64,000 bases of DNA from Squalus acanthias (lineage: Eukaryota). A program made the position numbers and the translations under genes. Below the pieces are notes generated by a model that saw only the letters and a program-made list of their open reading frames with translations, made no database searches and was not told the DNA's origin. This document shows, in pieces, positions 24,101 to 37,197 of the stretch (position 1 is the first letter of the stretch; the number at the start of each line of letters is the position of its first letter). The stretch covers positions 150,910,001-150,974,000 of the forward strand of contig CM059432.1 in NCBI GenBank assembly GCA_030390025.1. Reading direction: 5' to 3'.

Positions 24101-25398
24101 AGACTTTGGAATCAAAAACACAATTTCTAAATTTGCGGATGACACCAAATTGGGGGGGAAAGTCAATACTGAGGAGGACTGCAACAAATTACAGAACATT
24201 AATAAACTTGCAGAATGGGCATATAATTGGCAAATGAAGTTCAACACAGATAAATGTGAGGTATTACATTTTGGTAAGAAAAATAGGAAGGTCACATATT
24301 ACTTGGAAAATAAGAATCTAAATGGGGTAGAGGAGCAAAGGGATCTCGGAGTACAAATACACAAATCACTAAAAGTATCGACACACGTTAACAAGGCCAT
24401 AAAAAAGCAAACCAAGCTCTAGGGTTTATTTCTAGAGGGATAGAATTGAAAAGTAGGGAAGTTATGCTAAACTTATATCAAACCTGGGTTAGACCACACT
24501 TGGAGTACTGCGTACAATTCTGGTTGCCATATTATAAAAAGGATATAGAGACACTGGAGAGGGTGCAGAGAAGATTTACAAGGATGATACCAGAAATGCG
24601 AGGGTATACCTATCAGGAAAGGATGAACAGGCTGGGTCTTGAAAAGAGAAGGCTGATGGGTGACCTGATAGAGGTCTTTAAAATCATGAAAGGTTTTTAT
24701 AGAGTGGATACAGAGAGAATGTTTCCACTTGTGGGGAAGAGCATAACTAGAGGCCATCAATATAAGATAGTCACCAAGAAATCCAATAGGGAATTCAGAA
24801 GAAATTTCTTTACCCAGAGAGTGGTGAGAATGTGGAACTCACTACCACAGGGAGTGGTTGAAGCGAATAGTATAGATGTATTTAAGGGGTGGAGGGAATA
24901 TGAGGGAGAAGGGAATAGAGGGATATGCTGATAGAGTTAGATGAGGAAAGACGGGAGGAGGCTCGAGTGGAGCATAAATGCCAGCAGGGATTGGTTGGGC
25001 CGAATGGCCTGTTTCTGTGCTGTATATCCTATGTAATCCTATGATATCCTGGCCAACATTTATCCTTCAACCAACATCACTAAAACAGATTATCTGGTCA
25101 TTTATCTCATTGCTGTTTGTGGGACCTTGCTGTGCGCAAAATTGGCTCACACATTTCCTACATTACAACAGTGACTACACTTCAAAAGTACTTAATTGGC
25201 TGTAAAGCACTTTGGGATGCCCTGGAGTCATGAAAGGTGCTGTAGAAATGCAAGTTCTTTCTTTCTGTCGTTGCAATCATTACACTAATATTGCACATTT
25301 TGTAGACTGAGATTTAGTTCATTCACTTTCAGTAGAGTTTTTGGCTTCAGCTTTGCCCATGTTCAGACATTCAGTTCCTTGAGAATCAGGAAGTATTT

Positions 25399-26161
25399 AG
25401 GGCTGATTTTCCTGTTCCCCCTCTGCCTGGGCACCAGACAAGTGGACTGATCAGTTTGCAATGACCTGGGTCTACCTGTATTTCCAGGTTCAGATCATGT
25501 TACTGCCCCCAATGTTTCCTTGGCATGGACAAACTTATTAATGTTTAAACTGAATCCAAAAAATAAAGGAGCTAAATCTCAGGCTACAAAATGTGTAATA
25601 TTTGTGTAATGACGATAATGATGAATGTTAATCCAGTCCTAGGCACTGTGTCCAGAAACAGGGTTGCAAATACAGCTGCTGTTGTAAACCTGAAAGGCCT
25701 GTTGCAGGTGGAAAGGCCACTGTCGAAACACAGCATCCAGAAGACACCCAGGCCTGAAGATCTTGGGGGAGGCTGGAGAAAGATTGTGCTGACCTTTTCA
25801 AGCCTCCTTTGCCTTGCTGCACGCTGCCTACTCCCAGCCAGGAGTTCTGATTTGAGGAGGAGGGTGTAGGTGCAAGGCGCACCACCAACCCTTTCTGGCG
25901 GTTGGGTTCCTTTCTGCCGAAACTGGAGGAAAACGAGACGGGGTGGGGGTGGGGGGTGGGGGCTATTGGGCACCTCCCATCTCATTTCCATGGCTGCCCC
26001 TCGCTTTAGCCTGCACCAGCTGTAAGCATTGGCCCTCTCAGGGATGCTCTATAATATAATGTCTGACCTGGAACCCGTGCGGCAACATAAAGGAGGGCAG
26101 AGTTTCCAACCCCTTTTCCGATTTTTCATTCCCCAGGTGGTTTAACAGGAAAATTTACCCT
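25399..26161. mobile_element. Possible old Harbinger-like non-autonomous element
   Basis: 18-bp TIR with 3 mismatches (agggctgattttcctgtt / aacaggaaaatttaccct); TTT/TTA flanks. Confidence 0.4.
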
Positions 26162-26793
26162 TTATCTCTACAAACACCCTCCCCTTTTTCTTCCTGCCTC
26201 CCTCTCCCTTCCTGTCTGTCCTCTCCTCTCCCCATCTGTACCTCGCTCTCTCTCTCTCTTCCCTCTCCTTCTCCTATTTCCTCTTCCTTGCCCCTCTCTC
26301 TCCGTCCTTCTCTGTCATTCCCCTTAATCCCATCCATTCCATTTCAGGGAGAACAGTTCCAGTATTAAGAGACCTAATTCCCATCTAATATAGTGGAACC
26401 CCTTTGGAACTAAATCTTGTTTACCATGACAACATTTCATTATATCAGGAGGAGTATGACTTCTGCCAAAGCTGGCTGAATGGGCATTATTGACTGACAG
26501 CTCAATGAAACAGATAAAGTACCCATTGCAAGCTCTGTTTTAATAAACAACTCAAATTGAAGTTTCTATTCTCCTGATTGATTCAAAGATAATTCATTCG
26601 ATGGCCCTTCTCATTGTGGATCTGACCCAGTACTCTCTTGCGTACATTGCAGAATAGGACTGCCGTCTATTCCACAGTGAGACTTCTCACTACATGAGCA
26701 TTCAGAACTTTCACAGGGAAGCTGCTCCAGTACTGGGCTTGTCTTTAGGAGTCACTGGCCTCTTTCACACACCAAAACAAAACTAGCTAACAC

Positions 26794-28267
26794 TTGGAGT
26801 CTATTATTAAGGAGACAGTAACGGAACATTTAGATAAACATAATTTAATAGGACAAAGTCAGCATGGCTTTATGAAGGGGAAGTCATGTCTGACAAATTT
26901 GCTTGAGTTCTTTGAGGACATAACGTACAGGGTGGATAAAGGGGAACCAGTGGATGTAGTGTATTTAGACTTCCAGAAGGCATTCGACAAGGTGCCACAT
27001 AAAAGATTATTGCTCAAGATAAAAAATCACTGGATTGGGGGTAATATTCTGGCATGGGTGGAGGATTGGTTATCTAACAGGAAGCAGAGAGTTGGGATAA
27101 ATGGTTAATTCTCGGACTGGCAACCAGTAGCCAGTGGTGTTCCGCAGGGGTCGGTGCTGGGTCCCCAACTCTTTACAATCTATATTAACGATTTGGAGGA
27201 GGGGACCGAGTGTAACATATCAAAGTTTGCAGATGATACAAAGATGGGAGGGAAAGTAGAAAGTGAGGAGGACATAAAAAACCTACAAGGGGATATAGAC
27301 AGGCTGGGTGAGTGGGCGGAGATTTGGCAGATGCAATACAATATTGGAAAATGTGAGGTTATGCACTTTGGCAGGAAAAATCAGAGAGCAAGTTATTATC
27401 TTAATGGCGAGAAACTGGAAAGTACTGCAGTACAAAGGGATCTGGGGGTCCTAGTGCAAGAAAATCAAAAAGTTAGTATGCAGGTGCAGCAGGTGATCAA
27501 GAAGGCCAACGGAATGTTGGCTTTTATTGCTAGGGGGATAGATTATAAAAACAGGGAGGTATTGCTGCAGTTATATAAGGTATTGGTGAGACCGCACCTG
27601 AAATACTGCATACAGTTTTGGTGTCCATACTTAAGAAAAGACATACTTGCTCTCGAGGCAGTACAAAGAAGGTTCACTCGGTTAATCCGGGGATGAGGGG
27701 GTGGACATATGAGGAGAGGTTGAGTAGATTGGGACTCTACTCATTGGAGTTCAGAAGAATGAGAGGCGATCTTATTGAAACATATAAGATTGTGAAGGGG
27801 CTTGATCGGGTGGATGCGGTAAGGATGTTCCCAAGGATGGGTGAAACTAGAACTAGGGGGCATAATCTTAGAATAAGGGGCTGCTCTTTCAAAACTGAGA
27901 TGAGGAGAAACTTCTTCACTCAGAGGGTAGTAGGTCTGTGGAATTTGCTGCCCCAGGAAGCTGTGGAAGCTACATCATTAAATAAATTTAAAACAGAAAT
28001 AGACAGTTTCCTAGAAGTAAAGGGAATTAGGGGTTATGGGGAGCGGGCAGGAAATTGGACATGAGGCTGAGTTCGGATCGGATAAGGCCCTGTGGGTGGC
28101 GGAGCGGGCCCAGGGGCTGAGTGGCCAGGTCCTGCTCCTACTTCTTGTGTTCTTTAGATTTGAGGTTAGGATCAGATCAGCCATGATCTTATTGAATGGC
28201 GGAGCAGGCTCGAGGGGCCGATTGGCCTACTCCTGCTCCTATTTCTTATGTTCTTATGTTCTTATGT
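26794..28267 (+). mobile_element. CR1 LINE, 5'-truncated, with tandemly duplicated 3' UTR
   Basis: RT ORFs 26794-28064 ([19 protein letters not shown]), (ttcttatg)n tail, short taaca repeat on both flanks. Confidence 0.93.
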
Positions 28268-29760
28268 AACATGTCCAAAAACAAGCTAGACTTCAGCTGA
28301 AGTCATTTTACTGGCTTAAAGAAAATAAGCCTGGGGCTAAAGAGTTACAGGGGGAAAAATTCGGTTGCTTTGCGCCTCCCGTTAGCGCCGTAAGTGGCGC
28401 TGCAGCACATAGCACCGTGATATTCCCTCGCAGCCCCCCAAGAGGGAGGCCCGGCGCTTCCAGTAACGCCCCGCTTCCCTCTTGGGGCGCTACCACTCAA
28501 TTTCGGTCGCGGGGGCGCTAATTTTTCCGGGGTGCTAAAGGGGGCGCGACTCAGTTTTTCGCCCACAGTCTTTACAGTTTGACACTCACCTCTTTCACAT
28601 TGGCCTCAATATAGGTCCCCTTTTAACAGGCACATTCTGACCAGCAAGCGAGGTCCTCGCACCAGGCAGGCAAGGGCCTCATTGAAAGTCGAATAGCCGG
28701 GGTCTGATGATGTCATTCGGAACTCCGCTATATTTTAACCATCGGCAGATGTGTTTGGCGCCTGGTGCTGGTCTCACCAGTGGCACTGGGCACGAAGGAG
28801 TAGGTTCCTCGAAAGACGGCCGGAAAGCTACTTTTATTTTTTTTTTATACAGTTTTCTTAGAGCTACAGTCTATGATCACCTTGACAGAGAAGAGGTTAT
28901 TGGAGAGTCATAAGTGACTACTGAAAAAGAAGATCCTGTTGCATCAACCTGGGAGACTTTTTTTGAGGAAGTTACTAGTTTGGTTGATTTAGGTCTCCTG
29001 GTCAACACTGTGAATCTTGATTTTTCAGAAGGTCCTTGACAAGCCTCCAGGCACCCTTAAAGCTTCGCTATCTGTGAGGCTCAAGTCAAGAGTACGATGG
29101 AATGCCCAATATTCGCTGGGATATGTTAAGATATGAAAACAACAATGTGTGTTTTCTACTGTTTCAATAAAATGAGAACATAAGAAAATACTGGCCTCCG
29201 TTGACAAGCACTGAACCTTCTGACTATTGACAGTCTATCTCCAAGATGTTTTGTAGGTGAACTGTTCTTTTGGTGGATCTTCTCCCCTCCTTCAAACAGC
29301 TGATTGACAGGGGGAAAATTCCACATCTGCCCAAAATGGGCGAAAAGACGGCAGAGCGGCCACGACGCCTGCCCAAAGCTGGCTTCGGGAAGCCTAAACC
29401 ATATCACTTAAATGCCACTAGAGAGAGCTGCGGTCTGCAGTGCGCCAGTTGTGATGGGGCAGGAAATCGAGCTCCTCGCATGCTGATCTGAGGGGCAGGT
29501 TGGGTTCTCTTGACCTCACCAATAAAAGATTTAGGCCTAGAAATTTGGGACTTTAGTGCCAGCCGTTAAGGCCCGTTTTGATGAAAAATGGCGACCGCCT
29601 CGCTTCCACCTGCTTCCAGCGGATCCTGTGTGGCCACCATTTTGGGCAGGTTGGCAGCGCTGCCGTTGCCTGCGCTCACTGCAAATATTTAGATTATGCA
29701 GATCATGACGTCAATGAGTGTGCAATGCTCACTTGACGCACGATCTGCAATTTTCGCCTA

Positions 29761-30915
29761 TTTTTTTATTAGTTCCTGGGATGTGGGCGTCGCTGGCAAG
29801 GCCAGCATTTATTGCCCATCCCTAATTGTCCTTGATAAGGTGGTGGTGAGCCGCCTTCTTGAACCGCTGCAGTCCGTGTGGTGAAGGTGCTCCCACAGTG
29901 CTGTTAGGTAGGGAGTTCCAGGATTTTGACCCAGCGACGATGAAGGATCAGCGATATAGTTCCACATCAGGATGGTGTGTGACTTGGAGGGGAACTTGGA
30001 GGTGGTGGTGTTCCCATGCGCCTGCTGCCCTTGTCCTTCTAGGTGGAAGAGGTCGTGGGTTTGGGAGGTGCTGCCGAAGAAGCCTTGGCGAGTTGCTGCA
30101 GTGCATCTTGTAGATGGTATACACTGCAACCACGGTACGCCGGTGGTGGAGGGAGTGAATGTTTAAAGTGGTGGATGGGGTGCCAATCAAGCGGGCTGCT
30201 TTGTCCTGGATGGTGTCGAGCTTCTTGAGTGTTGTTGGAGCTGCACTCATCCAGGCAAGTGGAGAGTATTCCATCACACTCCTTACTTGTGCCTTGTAGA
30301 TGGTGGAAAGGCTTTGGGGAGTCAGGAACTGAGACACTCGCCGTAGAATACCTAGCCTCTGACCTGCTCTTGTTGCCACAGTATATATGTGGCTGGTCCA
30401 GTTTAGTTTCTGGTCAATGGTGACCCCCAGGATGTTGATGGTGGGGGATTCGACGATGGTAATGCCATTGAATGTCAAGGGGCGGTGGTTAGACTCTCGC
30501 TTGTTGGAGATAGTCATATCCTGGCACTTCTGTGGCGTGAATGTTACCTGCCACTTATCAGCCCAAGCCTGAACGTCGTCCGGGTCTTGTTGCATGCGGG
30601 CATGGACTGCTTCATTATCTGAGGAGTTGTGAATGGCGCTGAACACTGTGCAGTCATCAGCGAATATTCCCATTTCTGACCTTATGTTGGAGGGAAGGTC
30701 ATTGATGAAGCAGCTGAAGATGGTTGGGCCCAGGATACTGCCCTGAGGAACTCCTGCAGCGATGTCCTGTGGCTGTGATGATTGACTTTCAACCACCACA
30801 ACCATCTTCCTGATTCCCATTGACTTCAGTTTTACTAGGGCTCCTTGATGCCAGACTCGGTCAAATGCTGCCTTGATGTTAAGAGCAGTCACTCTCACCT
30901 CACCTCTGGAATTCC
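29761..30915 (-). mobile_element. 5'-truncated LINE of the CR1/L2 (Jockey) group, third family, nested in the Harbinger
   Basis: ORF 29948-30898: AFDRVWH, GVPQGS, FADD, YKAQVRSVMEY. 3' end ...gggcaataaatgctggccttgccagcgacgcccacatcc plus A-rich tail. Confidence 0.85.
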
Positions 30916-31178
30916 GCTCCTTTGCCGCTCAACCTACCGCCCACTCTTTATCACAACCAGCTGACCAAGTGTTCAGCAGCAGGAAGGAGCCTCCAGCAGT
31001 GGTATTTAAAGGGATCATCATCAACAACTTGCACCTGACATGGTTTCTTAGTTTGACTGGCTCTGTGTAACTTTCTGCAACTCTTGCAGCTTTCTAAACT
31101 TGTTTCAAGTTCCTGAGGTGACAGAAAACGCCTTCATTCTCATTTAAAGATTTCTGCTCACACCACTTGCTCACAGTC

Positions 31179-32217
31179 ATGGTGGCTCTACTGGCAGTCC
31201 CCCTCACGTCAAGTATCTTCGGAAGAGGGAGGGAAGAAGAGAAGAAGATGCTCGCAGAGGGAGGAGGAGGAGGGCCAGGAGGGCTCTCAGCAGGAGGCCT
31301 TACCCACCTAGGGTCTTCTGAGAGCACTTCTCCGACCTGCACTTAAGCGAGGAGCAGTGTATTAGGAGGCTCCGCTTCACCAAGGAGGTGATCTCAGAAC
31401 TCTGCCACCTCCTGCAACCAGACCTGCAGCCTCAGCGCAGAGCAACCACTCCTCTCCCAGTGGCCCTCAAGGTCACCGTGGCCCTCAATTTCTTTGCCAG
31501 CGGATCCTTCCAGTCTGCAGTAGGAGACATAGCTAACATCTCCCAGTTCACCGTCCATCGCTGTATCCGGGAGGTCACAGAGGCTCTTTTCTCTCGGAGA
31601 AGGGACTACATTGTCTTCTCTCTAAACAGGGTGCAGGGTGCCATCGACTGCACCCACGTGGCTTTGCGGGCACAGTATACCAATCCTGAGATGTTCCGTA
31701 ACCGCATAGGCTACCACTCACTTAATGTGCAGTTGTTGTGCGACCACGCCCAGGGCATCCTGATAGTCAATGCCCGCTATCCTGGCAGCAGTCATGATGC
31801 CTTCATCCTGCGTCAGTCCGGTGTACCAGCCGCCATGTTAAACCCGAGGGTGGCTGCTCGAAGACAACGGCTATCCGCTCTGCACCTGGCTGATGACTCC
31901 CCTCCACAACCCCAGCACTCACATAATGACAGCCATGCCGTCGCCAGGAACATCATTGAGTTGACCATCGGGGTGCTGAAGTAACGGTTCCGTTGCCTTG
32001 ACCACTCGGGAGGAGCCCTCCGGTACTCGCTGGAGCGGGTGTCCCATTCCGTGGTGGTCTGCTGCATGCTCCACAACTTGGCCATCATGAGGGCACAGCC
32101 CCTGCCACCAGGCAACAGGAAGAGGACGAGGAAGAGGAGGGAGGGAGGAGCAGGCAGCAAATCCCCGTTGCGGACAGGCTGTCCATGAGTATCTCATCAG
32201 ACTCCGATTCCTGTAAA
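31179..32217 (+). pseudogene. Harbinger DDE transposase (HARBI1-like family), with stops and deletions
   Basis: RLRFTK, ALNFFASGSFQ, GAIDCTHV, YHSLNVQLLCD, YPGSSHDAFIL, IELTIGVLK, CCMLHN. Confidence 0.88.
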
Positions 32218-32422
32218 TGAAACCCCAGATCCCCGTTGCTCACCACATCCCCATCAGACCATCCCTCTGTCACGGAACATCACAGCATCCTCCTGGGCAC
32301 AAAGCTGAAATGAGAGCCACCACAAAACACACATTCCAAACAAAAATCATTAATTTATCAGAATCCAATCAACATTAAAATATCAACAATTCACCCATGT
32401 GCTATCCCTTAGTGCCTGTCGT

Positions 32423-34063
32423 TCATGTACCTTTTCCTACTCTAGTGCTCCTACGCAGTGCTCCCCCAGTGGCTGCTGCATGGCTGGTGGAAGGCTGCTG
32501 ACTTTCAGTAGGGGAGACTACAGATGGTCCTTGCACGACAACCTCGACCAGCTGTGGACCGAGAAGGCCCAGCTGTAGACTGCACGACCTCGGCATGGGC
32601 GGCAGCAGTCTGGCTGGCTGGCTGATGGGCAGCAGCAAGTGCAATGGCGGAGTGGCAGTGGTGGGAGTAGGAATGCTGTCATCCTGAGAGAGGACAGCAG
32701 GTTCTTGCTCCACAGACCCACTGCCACTCCCCCGGGGCAGTGCCTCAGCATCCCTAGCAATCTGTTGGAGGACAGATTGCTGGCCTGCTGCGACACTCTG
32801 CAAGCCCCTTTCGACAGTGGGAAATCCAGCCACGATGGCAGCAGTCTAAGCTTGGGTGGCAGCAAGCTGAGCCTGCAGGATAACAGTCTGCGCTTCCACT
32901 GCAGCACTGCTTGGATTGATTGGGTCGCTTTCGCCTGTGCTGGAGTGGAAGCCGTGACATCGCCCAGCACACCCAGCCTCATGGCTTTGTCCACAAGTTC
33001 TCTCCTGGAGTTGTCCATCATTTCTATCCTGAAAATCATCGGGTCCAAGCTCTGCGCAAAGCCCCGTCCAATGATGGAGCCGGACTCCGCCGTGCCCCTT
33101 GACATTGCCAAGAGGCTCTCTGGCACGCTTGACATTGCACCTAGCAATTCCATGTGCATATCTCCTTCTGAAGGCCGCCCCATCGAGGTCCTCATCTGAG
33201 TCGTGTGCTGTAGTACTTGTACGCGAACTCGCTCTCCACAAGGGTCGGGTTTTGGTGAGGGGAGCGAGGGAAAGCAATATATCCATGCATACACCATCAG
33301 TAGTTTGTAAGTGTAAAGAGATTGTGGGATGAGGGTGAAGTGGGATGTGAGAAGAAGGATTAGGTATGACCATATTGTCATTATCAGCAATGGCTTTAAC
33401 ATCTTCCCGTTGCCACTGCCTCGCTCACTGCCCCTCTAATTATGTCAAGGACGGCTTCCTCCAGGTCGCTGAGGTTCTGTATAGCGGCTTGGCTGCCTCC
33501 CATCTGCCGCTGCTCCCTCCTGTTCTGAGCCACCTTTACCTGCAAGAGAAAGGGAAGTGTGTCAGTGAGTGTAGTGCATTGTGTTTGAGTGATGTGCCTG
33601 CCATAGTTGAATAGCTGTCAGTGTGTGCAAGGTGTGAGATGTGGGTGTGAGTGTTGCAGCAGTGGTAAGGTTGTGAGGGTGAATGAAGCTATGATTGTGA
33701 GGTTCGAGTGGTGATAGGTAGAGATTGTTGGTAGGTGAGTGATGGGGTTGTGGTGCATTGAGCAGTGTGTGAGGCTAGTGGTGCAGATGGTGGGATATGG
33801 CATTTGCTGAAGCCTTCACTCACCTTGACCTGCCGTGTGAGGTCATTAAACTTCTTGCGGCATTGGATCCATGTCCTTGGAACCACACTGGTGGCCATGA
33901 CAGAGTTAGCTATCTTCTCCCGGAGCCTTCTGCAAGTAGCCTTGGATGGCTTCCTGCCACCCTGCGGGAACAGTACAACCCGCCTTCTTTGAACGGCCAC
34001 GATGAAGGCCTCCAGTGTAGCATCCGAGAACCTTCGTGCTTTCTCCCTCGGTTGCTGAGCCAC
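32423..34063 (-). pseudogene. Harbinger Myb/SANT-like DNA-binding gene, spliced; exon 1 34063-33824, next exon begins 33539
   Basis: RRFSDATLEA...VLFP...RTWIQCRKKFNDL, donor AAG|GTGAGT, acceptor ttccctttctcttgcag|, then VKVAQNRRE..MGG. Confidence 0.8.
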
Positions 34064-34720
34064 GTCTTCAGCCTGACTGACAATGAGGTGCTGCTACAAC
34101 AAGGCACCTCCCCTTTAAGTAGTGCAGAGAGCCTCGGACAAACATTACTGGCCATTAGACTGCACCCGATATTGGCCCCCCGTTGAGTGCTAAGCCAATC
34201 AGCACGGATTTTGCGTGTTCCTGGACCACTTTCAACTCGCACAGACAAATAGCGTGAGTTGACACCGCCCGTTTTCGGGCCTAATCCAATTTCTAGGCCT
34301 AAAGGTTTACTGGGCCATTAGTGAGGGGCCTCCAACAATCCCTTTAAGGACGGTTGGTTAGGTGGCTATATTCCCCGACCATGTACCATCATGCTCCGCC
34401 CATTTGTATCTGAAATTTGCAATCAGGGTCCTACAGCCGCATGGGACCCCGATTTATATATTTAAGCCTTAAGCCTATTTCAGGCAGGCAGGCCTCCGGC
34501 GGCAATGGGGCAGCCGAAGAGCAACCCCCTCCCTCGCAATTTTCAGTTGCCGGCAGGAAACGGGGCCGTGAGTTGAAACTCTCTCCCGACAATCTTTACT
34601 GATAAGCATGTAGCAAATATTTGCTCAACAGCGCTACTTGTGGTGTCTAACCCAAATTGCTCTTCTGATGAAAGTTCCCCAATGCACTGCCCTGGTCTGT
34701 GTAAAACAGATTTGAGTGTA

Positions 34721-35356
34721 CTCTTTTGGGTACAAACAAATAAACTGTAAATTAACAAAAATACATTAAAGGAAACTTAATAAATGTAATTAAAATATCG
34801 TTTCCGGGGGTGATGATGCACTCCAGTCCCTGCGGTGCCCACCGGTCGCGGAAAGCCTCGAGCGTCCTGGCAGACACCGCGTGCTCCATCTCCAGGTCCA
34901 CCCGGGGGCTAACATAGCCGCAGAAGAGAGGCAGGCAGTCGAGCCAAACGACCCCCTCGACCGCCCGCTGCCTGGACCAGTTAATGGCCACTTTGGCTAT
35001 GCCCAGGAGCAGTCCTACGAGGAGGTCCTCCGATCTGCCCGCTCCCCTCTGCACTGGGTGACCAAAGATCAGGAGCGTGGGACTGAAGTGCAGCCAAAAA
35101 TCGAGGAGCAGTCCCTTCAAGTAATGAAAGAGGGGCTGCAACCTCTCACACTCTGTATATACACAGACTCCTCCAGGCCGCAGAAAAGGCAGGCGGCCTG
35201 GGAGTCCGTGAACCTGTTTAAAACCATATTGCACAGGACTGCTCCGTGCAACACCCTCCAGGCCAAGTCCCCAATAGATAAAGGGAGGACTCCCGCGTAG
35301 AGAGCCCTCCATTGGGGACCCCCACCTCCGCCGGACGGCAGGATGGTGTGCCAAGT
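34721..35356 (-). mobile_element. Tx1/L1-clade LINE 3' fragment (C-terminal zinc-binding region)
   Basis: WRALY...DLAWRVLHG...CLFCG.EES...EC. Perfect 14-bp TSD cagatttgagtgta (34707-34720 / 35357-35370). Confidence 0.82.
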
Positions 35357-35599
35357 CAGATTTGAGTGTAATGTTGTTTGGATCATTCATTGGGCTGATT
35401 TGTTCTCTCATTTTTGCACCTGTGCTTGTCTGGTTTTATAATGATAATTGATTGCATCTGTCTCTCTGGCATATATTATAAAACTTTCTAACAGAGTTTC
35501 CTCCATTCGTAAGGAAGATTCCAGTAATATTGTCAGTAACTTGTGCCTTTTCACTTATTACTACCTTGCTGTCTGCCTCCTCTCCTCACTTAGCTCCCA

Positions 35600-35927
35600 G
35601 TGTTTTGGTTCAGTGGAGGCAGTCTTACCTCAGAAGGTCAGCTGCTGCGCTGTTGAAGGTGCTGTTTTTTGGATGAGATGTTAAGTTGAGGTCCTGTCTA
35701 ACCTCTTAGGCGGATGTGAAAGATCCCATGGTACTATTCGAAGAGTAGCAGGGAATTTTCCCAGTGCCCTGTCCAATACACCCCTCAGCCAATAACAGGC
35801 CCAGTTGCTGTTTGTGGGACATGGCTGCCATGTTTGTCTACATTTTGTAGTTCATCGATATGCAGCATTTTGGGACATTCTGATGGTGTGAAAGATGCCA
35901 AATAAATGCCAGTTCTTACGTTTTCTT
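35600..35927 (+). mobile_element. Degenerate Deu-domain SINE
   Basis: ggatgagatgttaag...gatcccatggtactattcgaagag core and SINE tail. Confidence 0.65.
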
Positions 35928-37197
35928 CATTGGCATTGGAAGCTTTTAGAATATTTTCATTCCCCCTTTTTCTCCATCTATCTCTCTTTTCTCTTCTATC
36001 TCATTTTTCACTCTTTCTCTCATTTTCTCATATATTCCCCTCTCTCTTTATTCACCTTCTTTTCTCCTCTTTCTCTCATCCACTCTTTAATTGCCTCCGT
36101 TGCTCTCATTCTCTCTCACACATAATTAGTGGTTGGGAGGTTAGGAAAAAAATTCTTTTGCACAGAGAGCGGTTAAAATTTGGAATTCTCTGTCACAGAG
36201 CACATCATTCAAAATCCTACCCGCCCCTTAGAAACCGAGTCAATTATTACTTTGCAAAGACAATTAGTTGCTTGAAGAACAGGCAAGTTAAAGGTTGCAG
36301 GGAGCAAGTAGGAGCATGGGCTTTGACTAGGTGGCTCATGTGGAGACAAATACTGGGGCTGAGTTGATGGGCTGAATGGTCTGTTTCTGTGCTGAAATAT
36401 TCTATCATTCCACGTAGCTTGTTCCATAAAAGCCATAAAATGGAGGAAGGTCTTCATTCCAAGAAACAGCAACTTGCTTCTTTTTCACGACTGTGGGCGA
36501 CAAGTTTGTCCTCCTGGGAGCAGCAGTGATACACTGTGGCAAGTGGATGTTAAAGCCAAGTATCTCCTGCAGGCCCTCTCACCCAATCAGTGGCCCAATG
36601 TGGGTGAAAGAGAGCAGCAACGTCAATAAGAGTTGCTCTTTGATAATAGAACGAGCTGCAGGTGGCTTGTGGGCTGCCGGTTGCCCAAGCCCAATCTAGC
36701 CTCATGCAATAAAAGGAAATATGTTTGAAAATCCAAATACCGTTCCTCTTTGGGGTTGTTTTAATGCTTCATGTTAATTTTTCTTTGTTTATCTATCTTT
36801 CAGCATGTTAGTCTTTCCCTTTTAGTTTATTTTATTTTTTTCTTCTTCTCTGATTCTCTATTTTGTGATCTTTATCTCTATAACTCTGGAAAGGGTGATT
36901 TTCATTGCCTCTGCTGGGTGTGAATAGGGTAGTACAGTCAGATGATAATTGTGGTGTGGCACTCACCACCCCGCTTCCGCCGTGTCTGAGCCGCTGCCAT
37001 GTTGATGGGGTCATTGCAATGGGAATCCCAGGCAACGGCCAAAAACAGGGGGGCACCGGATTAGCCTCTGAGAATTGGAATCCGATGATATCAATAGGAA
37101 CCCAATACAACTTTCAGGTACCAATGGGCAGAGGGTGTTCCATACATCGTCCACCCATTGACATTTGTGTTGAGCAGCTTAACCAGCTGCTTAAAGA

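Larger units (their letters stand above)
19891..25043 (+). mobile_element. Full-length but decayed CR1 LINE (second family)
   Basis: 5' monomer array, ORF1 remnant from ATG 20810 (GDSIIRG, HVGTND, DRLH), ORF2 remnants 22148-24931 (YSNAHS, GITETW, GDFN, SDHN, GVPQGS, KFADD), tail tcctatgtaatcctatg. Confidence 0.93.
19655..25266 (+). mobile_element. Deu-domain SINE split by a full-length CR1 (SINE parts 19655-19892 and 25044-25266)
   Basis: tRNA head gtggctcagtgggtagc...gggttcagagtccc, Deu core ttaaaccgaggcccc...gatcccatggcactat; resumes at tcctggccaacattt and ends aaatgcaagttctttct. Confidence 0.85.
29534..34299 (+). mobile_element. PIF/Harbinger DNA transposon, complete structure but decayed
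   Basis: 12-bp TIR ggcctagaaatt / aatttctaggcc with TTA/TAA flanks; convergent transposase and Myb/SANT genes inside. Confidence 0.88.

Noticed and set aside
31388..31984. Host HARBI1 gene
   Set aside because: Lies inside TIRs with a Myb partner and has stops and deletions, so it is a transposon pseudogene.
35895..36367. Hydrophobic ORFs resembling membrane proteins
   Set aside because: Translate a CT-rich low-complexity tract plus an old CR1 tail.
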